Shown here: positions 29,175-41,420 of the stretch, piece after piece | How the letters are laid out: each line of letters starts with the position of its first letter | Position numbering within the stretch: position 1 is the first letter of the stretch | Source of the DNA: Rhizophagus irregularis | Taxonomy: Eukaryota | Direction: 5' to 3' | DNA: 64,000 nucleotides | Assembly: GCF_026210795.1 (NCBI RefSeq) | Contig: NC_089433.1 | Span: 3,906,001-3,970,000, forward strand | Translations under genes and position numbers: made by a program | Notes under the pieces: generated by a model | The model's input: only the letters and a program-made list of their open reading frames with translations | Told to the model about the DNA's origin: nothing | Databases searched by the model: none

Positions 29175-30156
29175 TTTGCAAGTGTTTACGGCCAGACCAC
29201 CCATTGCCTCTTATGAGACTAATCTCGGGTCTGTGTCCTATCATCTTCAATGGGCAACCATTAAACCGAGTACTTAATTCCTCAGGTAACAGCACCACTA
29301 TAGAAGACATCCCCCATCGGGCCATTTTAGGCTGATCTGGAGCTAGGTACACGCCGCCTACTCATCCTATACCCATTGCATGATACTGATACTCAATTTA
29401 TTTTACGACCTTTAGAGAGCATCTACTTTCATGGAGGACTTTCGACAGGTAACATCAACCATCTAGTACCCTTCCATACCACCATTTTAGGTACTAAGTC
29501 TCACTCAAAGGCCACTACAGCCCGCGATTACCCAGCACCGATAGTACAGTTGTTTACCCCAAGTGGTATACTTTGTAGTGACCACTCAGACAGGAAGTAG
29601 CAGGCATCTGTCCAGGATCACCCCTTATGGTGGGTATCAACCACCAGGGATCACCAACCAGGACCCAAGGAGTAGGGAATCGAACCCTATAGCCATGCTA
29701 CCTGTTCTGTGCACGAACACTTTGGTTGGTCTAAGACCTAACAGAAGGTCAAACTACCATTAAGACATTGCACCCTCAGCTTTACCATCTAGGACGACCA
29801 TCTAGCCATTACTGACCCCAAGTGGTATCGTGGAGTGACCACCCAGACAGGAAGTCCCCCCTAAGGTATAGTAGTAACCTCAAGGACAGGACTGCGCACA
29901 TGCCAATGGCCTCATAGGGAACGTTAGAAGGACACCATGACCCTTAGTTGAAATGTGCGGCCTAACCGTACACACTAATTCACCATGATGCAGTCCAACT
30001 ACACTAATCCCTGTACCTTCACGCTATTGGTTGTAGCGTCCGCAGTAAAATTCTTTTTATTTCCGTGGTCATGGGAATCGAACCTGCGACCTCACCATAC
30101 TCAGGCTTAATGAGGGTCTCAGTGACTAACCACCGAGATAGGGTGACCAACCCTTA
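29175..30156 (-). mobile_element. tRNA-derived SINE-like retroposon (~980 bp)
   Basis: 18-bp TSD GTAGTTTTATCCTTTTCC (29157-29174 / 30157-30174); GC-richer than the flanks. Minus-strand head 30149-30066 is tRNA-like, with an A-box-like CTCGGTGGTTAG, B box GGTTCGATTCCC and TGGTCA/TGACCA acceptor-like stem. Confidence 0.78.
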
Positions 30157-30280
30157 GTAGTTTTATCCTTTTCCGATCACTGGCTGACGAGTTATTCAAC
30201 AAAATGTTAAACATCGGCATTATAATATTTCTTGATTTACGTTTACTGCGCCATTTAACATTTTGCTAGATTTCTCGGTA

Positions 30281-30680
30281 TCTAGTGATTGTAAAAAGAC
30301 GATTTATAGCTCGTTGGAATCGCCTCATCGAGACGAATCGAATGGTAGTAAGCTTATCTCTCTGTAATCAATATTGACGGAGTTATTACTTAAAAACCAT
30401 TTAATATTTTTTAATTTCGGAAATTGATCTAGTGATTGGATTTCGATGTATCTTATACCATTAGATTCGTCTCATCAAGACGAATCGAATGGTAGTAAGA
30501 TCGTCTTTCTAGGATCAATATTGGCAGAGTTATTACACAAAAACCATTAATATTTTTTTAATTTCGGAAATTAATCTAGTGATTGGATTTCGACGTATTT
30601 TATACCATTAGAACCGTCTCATCAAGACGAATCGAATGGCGGTAAGATCATCTCTCTACGATTAATATTGGCGAAGTTAC
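30281..30680. repeat. 147-bp tandem units, each with a ~40-bp hairpin, inside the Tc1-type element
   Basis: TCTAGTGATT at 30281, 30428 and 30575; each unit has TACCATTAGATTCGTCT-catca-AGACGAATCGAATGGTA-like dyad symmetry; a further unit at ~29089-29174 is split by the SINE. Confidence 0.85.
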
Positions 30681-31010
30681 AATACAATAAAGTTTTAAGT
30701 ATAATTCTGGCTAAAATTATGTTAATTTTGGCCGGAATTATGATATACAAATATAAGAAATTTTTTATATAGTCACATCTCTTTATAATCACCAAATATG
30801 GACTGTCCCAAATGTGTGACTATAAAGAGAGTTGACTGTACTCGGGTCGGGTTAAAATCGGATCATTTCTATTTTTGCCGAGTCGAGTCAGATATATTCT
30901 CCAAACCCGACCGAATCCGACCCGGTAGGAGCACTACTAAATATCATAAATATCATGTACTAAATATTATACCGCAAATATAGATACTATTTCAATTTAT
31001 AATAAATTTG

Positions 31011-32652
31011 CTATGACAAATTAACCTTTCCTTTAAGCTTGGAAATTAAACCGCAATTAAATAACTCTTTAAATTGATCAATATTCATTGAAATTTCTAA
31101 TTGTTGATTTATGTCAGTTAAATCTAATAGCTTTTTTAGAGAATTTTGTTGATTTTCGTAAAATACTAAAAAAATAAATTAGACAAATTAATAAGTTACA
31201 AAATAAAACATATTAATAATATAAATAAAGAATTACCTTCTTTTGCAGTTTTAATATTATTGTTTTCTTTTCCAATTACTTGTTCATTATATGAAACTTG
31301 ACCATTTAATATATCTGGTACTTTCACCTTATCTAATAAATAAAAATCAGATATTTAATATATTTAGTTAAAACAGTAAGTAATTATGATAATTGAATAA
31401 ATTCTATATACCTAAAGTTGGTTTTCCATGAATTTTATCCATAAATTTTCCAATAATCTCATCTTTTTTATCATCAGGAGGTAAAGTGTATGATAATAAT
31501 CCAGCATCAGAGCGGTGGCGAGAAAGTAATTTTATTTCTTCTTTAGGAACGCCCATTTTTTCACAATTTTGGATAAGTGCACGTCGCCCAGAATGGTTAG
31601 TGATTTTCCTACCACTAAAGTTAATGCCAGTAATTTTGCAAATTTCATTTAAAAATGAATTTAATCTTCTGAATCCTACGTGTTTTGGTTTATACCAAAT
31701 TCCTGTTTTCAAAGCTAAAATAATGAAGTGTATTAATTTTTATTAATAAATATTTATAAATATTACTATTAAAATATATTACCAAATTCTTCTTCAACTT
31801 CCTGAAGGTAGAAATCGGGATCTGCACCATAGGGACGTGATGATAAATATTTATCAAGAAATGAAGTAACTTCTGGATGATTTGCTAAAACCAATTTGTC
31901 TGCCTTTCCTCGATTTTCAGTAAGACCACGTTGGTTGTTTTTGGAACAATAAATAAAAACATTGTATCCACCATCATCACATTTAACAAAATCAGTTCCA
32001 TTAAGTAATGCATGTTCTCCTCCACGAAGCCCAAGATATATTGCATTGATAAAGAACACTCTTCTCAATAATCTTTCAGGTGTGGTACCATCTAATAATC
32101 TATGATTTAATATTTGGGTAATTTCGTTAGCTTCTAGCGAATCTGCTCCTTTAGTTTCACCTTTTCCATTTTTAGATAAAAATCTAATTTTTCCATCAAC
32201 AACTTCTTTTATAGCTTTAAAACGAGAATCATTATATAAATCAATATTTTTAATTCTTGATTTTTCTTGAAGAACACGATTAACAGCTGCAAGAGAAGCT
32301 CTAATAGAATTAACAGAATAGTCAGCACCATCTTTCTTCTTCATATTAGCAAAAAAAGAGCATAATTGTTCAATTAAATCTTGTTCAGATTCCACTTCCT
32401 GAATCTTTCCTATATATAACTGTTCATCTCGAAACTTCTCTAGTAAGCCTATCCATATATCTGTTGCCTTAACTGTATTTTTTACTTTTGAAAATTCACG
32501 ATAAAAGTCAACCTTGTCTTTTACTGGAGTAGTGGTCTCTTCTAGTTTTTCCTAAAAAAAGACAATACAAAATGTTATTATAAAGAAAGAAAAATAAAGC
32601 AATAATATTAATAAATGAATAATACCTTATTTTTTGAACCTAATCGTGGCAT
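31011..32652 (-). CDS. Crypton-type tyrosine recombinase (DUF3504/ZMYM-QRICH1-like YR domain), 5 exons
   Basis: Exons 32652-32626, 32551-31783, 31714-31412, 31332-31237, 31165-31011 splice in frame. Motifs KKKDGADYSVNS, LGLRGGEH (R), SKNNQRG (K), TNHSGR (HxxR), SRHRS (H), LLSY (Y). Confidence 0.85.
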
Positions 32653-32854
32653 TTTATTTGAATATAAGTGAAAGAAATAAATGAAGAAAAAGAGAGGAAG
32701 TAGTTTAAAAAAGGTTAAAAAGACGCGTCGTATTAAACTGGAAATAGTTTAATATCGTATTTATAAGCAGAAATAGTTTAAAAAAGGCTAAAAGGACGCG
32801 TTAAACCAAAAATAGTTTAATATAGCATGATCATCAGCGGCTGCAGGATAACAC

Positions 32855-32934
32855 AGTTATTTGATAGGGGGGTTAAAATATCATCCGAACTGCTTCGCAG
32901 TTCGGTGATATTCTAACCCCCCTATCAAATAACT
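32855..32934. repeat. ~80-bp near-perfect palindrome at the Crypton terminus
   Basis: AGTTATTTGATAGGGGGGTTAAAATATCATCCGAACTGC-TTC-GCAGTTCGGTGATATTCTAACCCCCCTATCAAATAACT; the arms differ by one substitution and one 1-nt indel. Confidence 0.95.
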
Positions 32935-34524
32935 AATACATATGTATATATATATTTTTTTATAATTGATCGATAAATCACTTGATCACGCTAATTTCGA
33001 AACCGACGATTAATCCAATACAGACGATTCATATTTCAGGATATCTCGTTAATCTTAAAATTGTTTTTATAACCTCATTAAACTTATAATTTAAAATTGA
33101 CATCAATAAAAGTATTATTTATTTTTTATCATATTTATTTGTAATAGAAAATATAAAACTTTAATAAAAAAACGAACAATAAACGATAATATGACTATTT
33201 TAATTGTTAAAATTTTTCATAACCCAAGATATTAATAGTAATATATAGTAGTAAAATGTAAGTTTATCAAAGTTATTTGATAGAAAAGAAAAAAATTTAA
33301 CATAAAAGATAAATTGAAAATATCGTTAGTTTAATTGTTGCACAGTTTCGAAAGTTAATAATTAATTAGGCAGTATTTAAATTTGCCATTTTTCTTAACG
33401 AAATTTTAAATAAATAGTAATAAATATTTTAAGTTATTGTGGTTTTCAAAATTATTGAAACTGGTGACGATCAATTTTTTTATCTATTTTTTTGATATTC
33501 GGATAAATAAATACTTTATCGAACATATTTTATAATTACATATAGTTTTCATAAAAAAAAACCCAATATTATATCCTTTAAAAGTTTAAATCACAACTTA
33601 TGAGTTTATTTTGATTCGTTATTTCTGCTTTTTTTTAGCAAATTGTACAATAATTACGTTTTCTATTAACATTAGATACTGCATAGCAACATAAATTATT
33701 AGTTTGGACGAGATTATGTTAAATAATTTAGATAATAAAGAAATTTATTGATTTTTTTATTTTATTTAATATAATTCCATAATAAATATTATTGGATGGG
33801 AGTAGTTATATTGGTCATAATAAAAGTGTTATCGTTCTGACGCTTTTGATCATGCGTTAATTAATAACATCTTAATAATATCATAAATAAGCTTTATTTA
33901 ACTTTCTATAAATTTCATTTTATGCTATTTTTAATTCACTTTTTTAGCTTTATTTAAACTTTTCCTACAAAATATTCATACCATAACAATCTTGTGTTAT
34001 TGCTATGTCTAATAGTCTATGAAAATCTGCATGATCCTATTGGGCTGAACGATGAATATAATTTATTCAACATCATATCTATATATATAAAATTAAAAAT
34101 TATATTTTTTTTGTCAATATTTATTATGAAAATTTTCAAAATGTTGTAAATGTAGATATTTTTTTCCACTAAACCGGATGATTAGATACTGAAATAGAAT
34201 TTTTGGTCAAAAATAATATGTATTAGTTATTAGATAGTGGTTATATTTTATATTTACTCAAATAGGTAAATAAAATTCTAATCCAAATGAAAAAAATTAA
34301 TTTAAAAATTAATAATAATTTACGACGAAAATATATAACAATAAATAATTATTCATCATTCTAAGATTAATTTACTGAACCAAAGTATTGTTAGTATTGT
34401 AAAAGATAAGTAACGTTCTCAAACTAAAAAAAAAATTCCTACTCTTTTTAAGATAAAATCTTGCTCCACCCTAATCTTCGTTATTAGTATGCCAAGCTCA
34501 TTTAAAAATTATCGATGATCTGGC

Positions 34525-34721
34525 TAGAATATCACCGAACTGCGAAGCAGTTCGGATGATCAAATAACTGCGTTATTCTAAAGCCGCCAATGATCATACT
34601 TATAACTATTTGCGGCTTAACGTAACGTGTCCTTTTACCTTTTAGTATCAGGAAAAATATCAATAATAATTATGCAATTGTAGCATGATGAAAAAGCATA
34701 TTCTATTTGGCTGTAGGATAA
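34525..34721 (+). mobile_element. Mini-Crypton (fused ends), opposite orientation to the full element
   Basis: tagaatatcaccgaactgcgaagcagttcggatgat...gccgccaatgatcat...aaaatatcaataataattat...ctatttggctgtaggata matches the reverse complement of both ends of 27958-32937. Confidence 0.8.
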
Positions 34722-35513
34722 CTCGAAATAATTGTTAGCATGATAAAACACTGTAAATTTAATCATCAATAAATCACATTAATTTATCAATCACTATGTG
34801 ACCAAACAAATAAATAAAATAGAACGAAGGAAAATTGGTCAACTCTTTTCAATAAAGATAGCAAAGTTTTTGGTTTCTCGATTAATAAGTAGCCCATTTA
34901 TTAAAGTTAATTTGTTCATCATATAATAAAATACTTTAACCTTCTGTTAAGATACATTTATGAAATCATTAAAAAATTAACAAAAATTTCTAAATTATTG
35001 AGTTAACAACATCATTTATTTTACATACCATCAATTACATCGTTAAAAAATGAAGTATAGCAAAACCTCTTAAAATTATGGAAAAAAAATTAACCACAAA
35101 TAAATTAAAATTGTAATTGGAACAAAAGTTAGTTGTTAATTCGTTATTTCGTTTAGTATTGTTGATCAAAAAGTTTGTTAAATAGAGAAAAGGTGTAGTA
35201 AATAGGAATCAATTCTTCATTTTATGCATCCATATAAAAGTTTGGCCTATGAGATTAAATGACAAATGTTCTGATTCCAAATAATCTACTTTTTATAAAT
35301 TATAACGTTGAAGTGTATACCCTTTTAATGCGCAATTTTAAAAATACGATTTGTAATAGATTAACGCATGCTAATTGGGAAAAGGATGTGAAATAATAAT
35401 GTACATTCAGTTTTTAATAAACATAAAGTAAATCATCTTAAATAGATTATCATTTTAGTAATGGTAAAAAAATCTAAATAAAAAATATATATTTTGTAAT
35501 AATACCAACCTTA

Positions 35514-37005
35514 TCACTTTATGATTTGAAATACTTCATAATCTTCTATAGAAAATTTATCCACGATATCAGTTATCTTTTTTTCATAATGGCGCTTTTG
35601 ATAATAACTATGTTTATAATCTCTATATTCATCTTTATAAGAAAATATAATAATATCACCAAAATCTGGACCGTAATCAGCGCCACAATAAAATGCATGT
35701 TTCTTATCTTTTATATTACTGATAATAACACTTTTAATATCCTTTTCTTTAAAAGAAAAAATAAAACTATCTTGAGATTTTCCCCATGAATTAGAAGATT
35801 CCCATTTTAGAGGGTTATATCCACCAAGAATTTCTTCCGTTCCTTCTACTTTAATAAATGTAACCGTATTAAGTATACCATCACATAATTCATGAAACTT
35901 TTTAGGAGTAAATCCATCTCGACTTCCTCTTAATATTAATTTAAATTTATACGGTTCCTTTAAATGAGCAAAATTGTTACTAATATCCATTTTATCTAAC
36001 CGTCTTGAAATAGTTGAAATTATACTTAAATTGTTAATAATACTTGAATTAATAATTCCATCAATTTTAAGATTCCTTGGAAGTAAAATATCATTAGTTG
36101 GATTACTATTAGGATCCAAATAAGATTTTAATAAATCTTCATAAAGTTGATGTTTTAAGAGTTTTTTATAAGGACGAACACTTTGTAAAAAATCTTTGGA
36201 TGATAAACTAAAAAATCTAATAGAATGTAAACAATGTTGTAAAGTTTTTTCCATTGTTTCGAATTCATCATCTGACCAAGTAGTAGGATCAGGATTAAGT
36301 GTAGGATTTTGTGCAAGTCCCCATTTTAATACATGTTCCCAAACTTCAATTTCTTTCATTTGCAAATCATTTCTTTTAATTAACTGGATTAAAGACTTTT
36401 CAGAAAGTGAAGTGAAATCAAGTAATTTAAATATCTTCTCTGAAGATTTTACCATAAAATCTGTACAAAATTGTTGAAGTACTAATAAAGAATTCGATTG
36501 AAAACTTGTTCGATGAACAAGTTCAAAATGTTGTTCCATCCATTCGGATTTATTTTCAATCAAATATTTTTGTAAATAATCGACTAATTCCTGAATAAGC
36601 AGCTTATCCGCAGCTAATAATACTTCAAAAATTTCTGAATTATCTTGTTCATTCAATGAAAGAACACCACCATAAATGTACCTATAATAGAAAAATCATT
36701 AAATATACGATGTATCATTTATAAGTATATTAAATTTGTTTATAGACTTACTTTAAAATAATTTGAAATGTTTTCAATGATATATTTGGTAATTTGATAA
36801 CTAAATCACTAGTATTATTGCTCCTGTTATTAAAAGCCAAAGTTCGTCGTAAATATGGAGAACGGCAACTCAAAATATTCATATGAGCACGAAGGATTTT
36901 CACATTAGGGTCTTCACCGATTTCAATTGTAACGTCATAATATTCATCATTCGCCAATAATTCAATATAATTTTGGCTTAGTTTTGGAAGAAATTTTGTT
37001 GTCAT
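35514..37005 (-). CDS. BTB/POZ-BACK-TLDc protein (copy 3), 2 exons
   Basis: ORFs 37005-36748 and 36656-35514 are joined by the conserved intron after FQIILK; all motifs as in copy 1. Confidence 0.9.
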
Positions 37006-37399
37006 TTTTTATGTTTATAATTTTACAAATTTTGTGGAAGAGTTGCCGTATTTATTAATGCTGACTTTTACAAATTTGGTTAAATGAAATATACGCCCAT
37101 AATCTGCAAAAGAGGACAAAATTGGACTATATTGGCTGATCATCATTGTAATCTAAAATTGATATTCCTCGGTGAAAGTATTAATCATATTTAAAGTTAA
37201 AGGAAATATGCATGACGAGATTGACGAGTCGATTCATCGCCGACCCCTTATCACATGAAATTAACCGTTTTATTACACAGACCCATTACGTGAATTTTTT
37301 TTTAAAGGGGTTTTTTGGGGCTTTTTTTTTAGGGAAAAACGAAATATAATCTTTGTTAGAAGTAGTAAAAGTAAAAGTAAAACTCCAAGATGGTTTATT

Positions 37400-38600
37400 G
37401 AAATCGAAAATAAGCTGATCAAAGACAAAAATACGAGAGTAATATTTAGCAGTTATGAGATCAATAAATATATTTACGATGAACTTAGGAATAAACGTTA
37501 CGTACAAAATGGTTGGAGTTTGTTTCATACTGTAGATAATGAATTAGATGAATTATTAATTATTGATAAACGTTTCAATTAGATTAAAATTTTTAAAGGA
37601 GGATGTTTAAATGTTAAAAAAATACAAAATAGTTTTCTTAATTTGAGTATGATAAATCAGGTAGTTATAATATTTTACATATGTAGTTAGCAAAGGTGGG
37701 AAATATGGAATTGGATATGAAGGATTTTTGTGTAAAACCAATAATTTGGTGTGTTTTAGTTGCGATCATATGTGCGCTTATGACTATAATTGATAACAGT
37801 AATGTTATTATACATACAAGCAATTTGACGGTTCATCAGATGAAGAAAAAGATATAATAGTTTTTTATGGGGGAATATTTATTTAAAAGAATCAAATATG
37901 GTAGTATAGGTGGTCAAGGTTTATGAAATATTCGTATTTTCTCTCAACAAGATTCCATAAAATTATCAAGACATTTTAGTTAGGATGGCTCATGGCTATA
38001 CACGATAATTCTTACGAATTACGAATTGGTCGTTAAGTTTATTTAATTGGTAATTTGGTTTGTAGAAAACTGACAAGAGAATTGTATAAGGAACCAAATC
38101 AAAATTATTGCAAAGCGTCATGGTTGGTTTTAGATAGCAATAAATTATATAGAATGAATATTCAAGAGGCTATGATATCATTATGGAAGACTACAAGCAA
38201 GAAATATCGTTTAGAACGAGTGATTTAGTGGCATTAAGTATTAAAAATTTTTTGTAAATACTATCTACGATGGATTTATTAAATAAATGTAATCAATCCT
38301 GAAATTTATGAATCTGGTAGATGTATTCGTTGTTATAGAAGTATAGAGAATTTAACACATATATGAATTTGTAGTGCAATTCAAGTTAAAATTGATCAAG
38401 TTATTAGCCAAGCGTCAGAGAATGCTAAGCAAGAGGTGAATTCAATTGGGCGGCACGTTCTAAAGTTATATTCAGCGGCAGAATATTCTATGAAGCGACC
38501 ATCAATGCTAATCTATATTTGGGAAGATTTAAACCATTATAGAATCTTTTGTTGCAAACATTAAAATTTTGACCAGAACACATATTGTTGTGAAGAAGTT
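37400..38600 (+). pseudogene. Highly degenerate non-LTR retrotransposon ORF2 3' region
   Basis: NPEIYESGRCIRCYRSIENLTHI*IC (zf-RVT-like CCHC) at ~38295-38375, preceded by an IKNF..ILST segment; many stops and frameshifts; boundaries approximate. Confidence 0.6.
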
Positions 38601-38902
38601 AGCGTTTCAGTCCAACCGTGTTATTACTTATCATGAAAAGAAGGTCGCACATTAATTCCATCATTTGGAAATAATAAACGAACCAAAGATAACTAAAGAT
38701 AGGTTTGTTTATGACGTAATGCAAAAATGGATAGATCGTAGTAGGGCACGAAATGAATCTCCAATTATTCTTGGGATTTTTTTTTATTTTATAGATAAAT
38801 TTTTTTATTAGATAGGTTACTTTATTGAGTAGATTTACCACGTCTACATTGTATTAACATGAAGTTTATACTATATTAATAAAGCCAAAATACAGAAATT
38901 AA

Positions 38903-39070
38903 GTGTTTGATGGCCGATCAATAATTCTTATTGGAGACTTTGGACAACTTCCTCCTATACTTGATGAACTGATGCATTCTCAAGTTCCTCGATAAGACCC
39001 CCTATCAAGTGATGTTATTGCCATTTATCAACAATTTCATAAGATTTATCATCTTGGTATTGTTGTGAGA
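38903..39070 (+). pseudogene. PIF1-family helicase fragment (possibly Helitron-derived)
   Basis: VFDGRSIILIGDFGQLPPILD...QQFHKIYHLGIVVR matches the PIF1 FGG...GDFxQLPP motif; one internal stop. Confidence 0.7.
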
Positions 39071-40691
39071 GAGTTAATTAAAAAAAAAATGTATGGAAAT
39101 AAAGGTCCATTTTGGTAAGTTAAGAGAGAGAAAGGAGTACTTTTTTTTTGTAAAGAACGTTAGAAACGTTTCTAATGTTCTTGTTTTTCTTTTATTTTAA
39201 TAGGGAAAATGAGACATTGCCTTTGGATATCTCGGTAAGTTAGGTGGGGAGGAGGGTATTTTTTTTGTAAAGAACGTTAGAAACATTAACATTCATTTTT
39301 GCTAGTTATCATGTCTTCTTAAAACTTCGGTAAGTTCTGGATGTATATTGTTAGCTATAATTGGTTGATGATTTATTTTTTTGCTAATTAATGTGTATTA
39401 ACTCTCTTCTTTTATTTTTGCATTTATCTTTGCTATTTTCATCCTTATATTTGATCTTTAATATATTTCTTTCTTGATCTTTGGGGTATATCACATTCTT
39501 GATCTTTATGTATCATACTTTCGATCTTTGGTACGTATTATCTGTTATATTTTTTGGTTACATTCTTGATCTTTCTTGATTTTTGTAATATTATACCCTT
39601 GATAATTATTCATATTCTTTTTTTTTAAAAAAAAAATAGTAACGCGCTTTATTAATTAAATAGAATCAAAGATTCATAATTAAGTACAAAAGCACCTAGA
39701 GACTAGAAAGTCAAGCTTTCTATCCCCTATAACTAAGTTTATTCTATCTAAAATTTCTAATTTAAGATTCAACTATTTTGTGTATGGTCTAAAATTATTG
39801 TTAATTACGTGCTACTATTCTAATTTTAATAATTTTTTTCGATTTTTTAATATTATCTCTGTTTTTCTTTTACCTAAAATTTTCTTGACATATAGACTTT
39901 TACTAAACATAAACTAAAATTAAAATTGCAAAGAATTAAAATTTAAAAAAATATTTTAAAACATTAAGGAGAAAATAAAATACTAAATCTACACTTTTCT
40001 ATGGAGATATTTCCGAAATCGTCCAAAATCTCTCGTTTTGTCCGCGTGTTCTTCAATCCAAAATTTTCTTCTTAAATTAAAATTAAATGGACAAATTTGT
40101 TTATTGCTGTCGGAATCTTCTCTTCGTCCTTATGTTGTCACGACACGTTTTTTATTCTTGTTAATCTCGTCTTTATCCTCATTTGTCTTTTCTTTCTCGC
40201 CTGGCAAGTCCTTCCCTTTTCGTAATTCATCTAATCTTGCACTAAAATTATTATTCAAATTGTCGAGTTCTTCGTGCTCTTCTTTGGTCCTTGGTATTGT
40301 TGATAATAGATCAGATTTTGCGTCTACAAATTTGTCACCCTTGTATATTGATTGCATTGGCACCTTAAATCTGTTGACTCCTGTTCTTTTTTTATACGTC
40401 CCTTCTGCTCCAATTAACTCGTCTTTATTCATATTCTTTGGTATAATGTCGTGAAAATAAAAAAATCAGTAACGTTATGTTACAGCAAAAATTTATGATT
40501 TATATATCACATGACACTGGCGATACATCACCATAGCAATACCCTTTTTAAATTTTAAAATTTTAATTCATTGTAAATAGGCTTTTAATATAGATAGATG
40601 TACGATACTATCGAAAGTATAACAAAAAAATGAACAATAAATTATAGTTTATGACATGGCTAGAAATTTTTCATAACTGAAGATATCAATG

Positions 40692-40890
40692 CCCTGTAAA
40701 AAATCTGATCCGTGTTTTATCTTTCCATGTTTTTTCCGTGAATGTATCATTTTCATGGAATTAATAGCCTTAAATCATGGAAATTTTCATCTCGCTAACA
40801 CGGATATCCGTGAATGTATCATTTTCACGGAATTTTTACGGAAGACACGGAGAAATAATGGAAATATTCGGATAAAAATTTTTTATAGGG
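40692..40890. mobile_element. ~200-bp MITE with 3-bp TSD (CMC-like)
   Basis: CCCTGTAAAAAAT...ATTTTTTATAGGG; ATG on both sides (40689-91, 40891-93); internal TCCGTG/CACGGA repeats. It interrupts a sequence that is contiguous in the related flank near 44030-44150. Confidence 0.8.
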
Positions 40891-41271
40891 ATGGTAATAT
40901 AACATAATGGTTGTTTGTCAAAATAATTTGTTAGAAAAGAAATAAATTAAGATAACATGAAAGATATGGTTGCTATTGTATAATTATGGGTTTATTTGTT
41001 TTGTTATTTCTACATTTATTATTTTATTCAATTTTTTTTCAATCTTTTAATATAGCTCAATAATGTAATTTATCGCCACTATAGTAACTTTATTTCAGAA
41101 TTAGGAAAATTAACGAAAAATTTTTTGGTTTCCAATTTATTTAAGTTATTATATAAGGAACAGAGTATATTGTTTCTTTAATTCTCATATACAAAAATAC
41201 GAAACCATATTTTAAACTCACTAAAACCATCTGCTTATAAGATACATTTAGAAACCATTAAAAATTACTAA

Positions 41272-41420
41272 GTTATGCCATACAAACTTAATTTTTCGGT
41301 TCTCATATCTCGGCCGGGTCAGTTTTTTGTTAAATTTCAAAAAAAAATTTTAAAAGCCGGGTTGCCAGGTTATTTTCAAAATTGTTATGAGAACCGAAAA
41401 TTAAGTTTGCATGGTCTTAA
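41272..41420. mobile_element. Small inverted-repeat element (MITE)
   Basis: ccatacaaacttaatttttcggttctcata ... tatgagaaccgaaaattaagtttgcatgg; right flank TTAA, left flank degenerate. Confidence 0.6.

Larger units (their letters stand above)
28879..30838. mobile_element. Tc1/mariner/pogo-type non-autonomous element nested in the hAT element
   Basis: TIR CAGTCAACTCCCTCTATAGTCAC...GTGACTATAAAGAGAGTTGACTG; TA on both sides (28877-78, 30839-40); TATAGTCAC subterminal repeats. Confidence 0.88.
28117..30936 (+). mobile_element. Non-autonomous hAT element inserted downstream of the Crypton gene
   Basis: TIR TAGTGCTCC...GGAGCACTA; perfect 8-bp TSD CTAAATAT (28109-28116 / 30937-30944); ACCCG/CGGGT subterminal repeats; dimerisation-domain remnant (HLAKIARD...KRCNLRADTIIACMCLKSW) at ~28365-28590. 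Confidence 0.9.
27958..32937 (-). mobile_element. Crypton-like tyrosine-recombinase transposon (~2.1 kb without the nested insertions); boundaries approximate
   Basis: Carries the YR gene and a terminal hairpin. Its two end sequences (tatcctacagccaaataggatcatgc... at ~27965; ...gatcatcagcggctgcaggataac...ccgaactgcttcgcagttcgg at ~32830-32905) recur fused together in short copies at 34525-34721 and 43745-43912. Confidence 0.75.

Noticed and set aside
29195..29260. Hammerhead ribozyme at the SINE 3' end
   Set aside because: Minus strand has GATGA...CGAGA within a stem but lacks the CUGAnGA and GAAA core.
30066..30149. Functional tRNA gene
   Set aside because: B box and acceptor-like stem are present, but the D and anticodon arms do not form a canonical cloverleaf, and it heads a TSD-flanked insert.
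40130..40450. Charged minus-strand ORF (NKDELIGAEGTYKKRTG...)
   Set aside because: Looks like a decayed coding or TE fragment, but no motif or boundary could be assigned.
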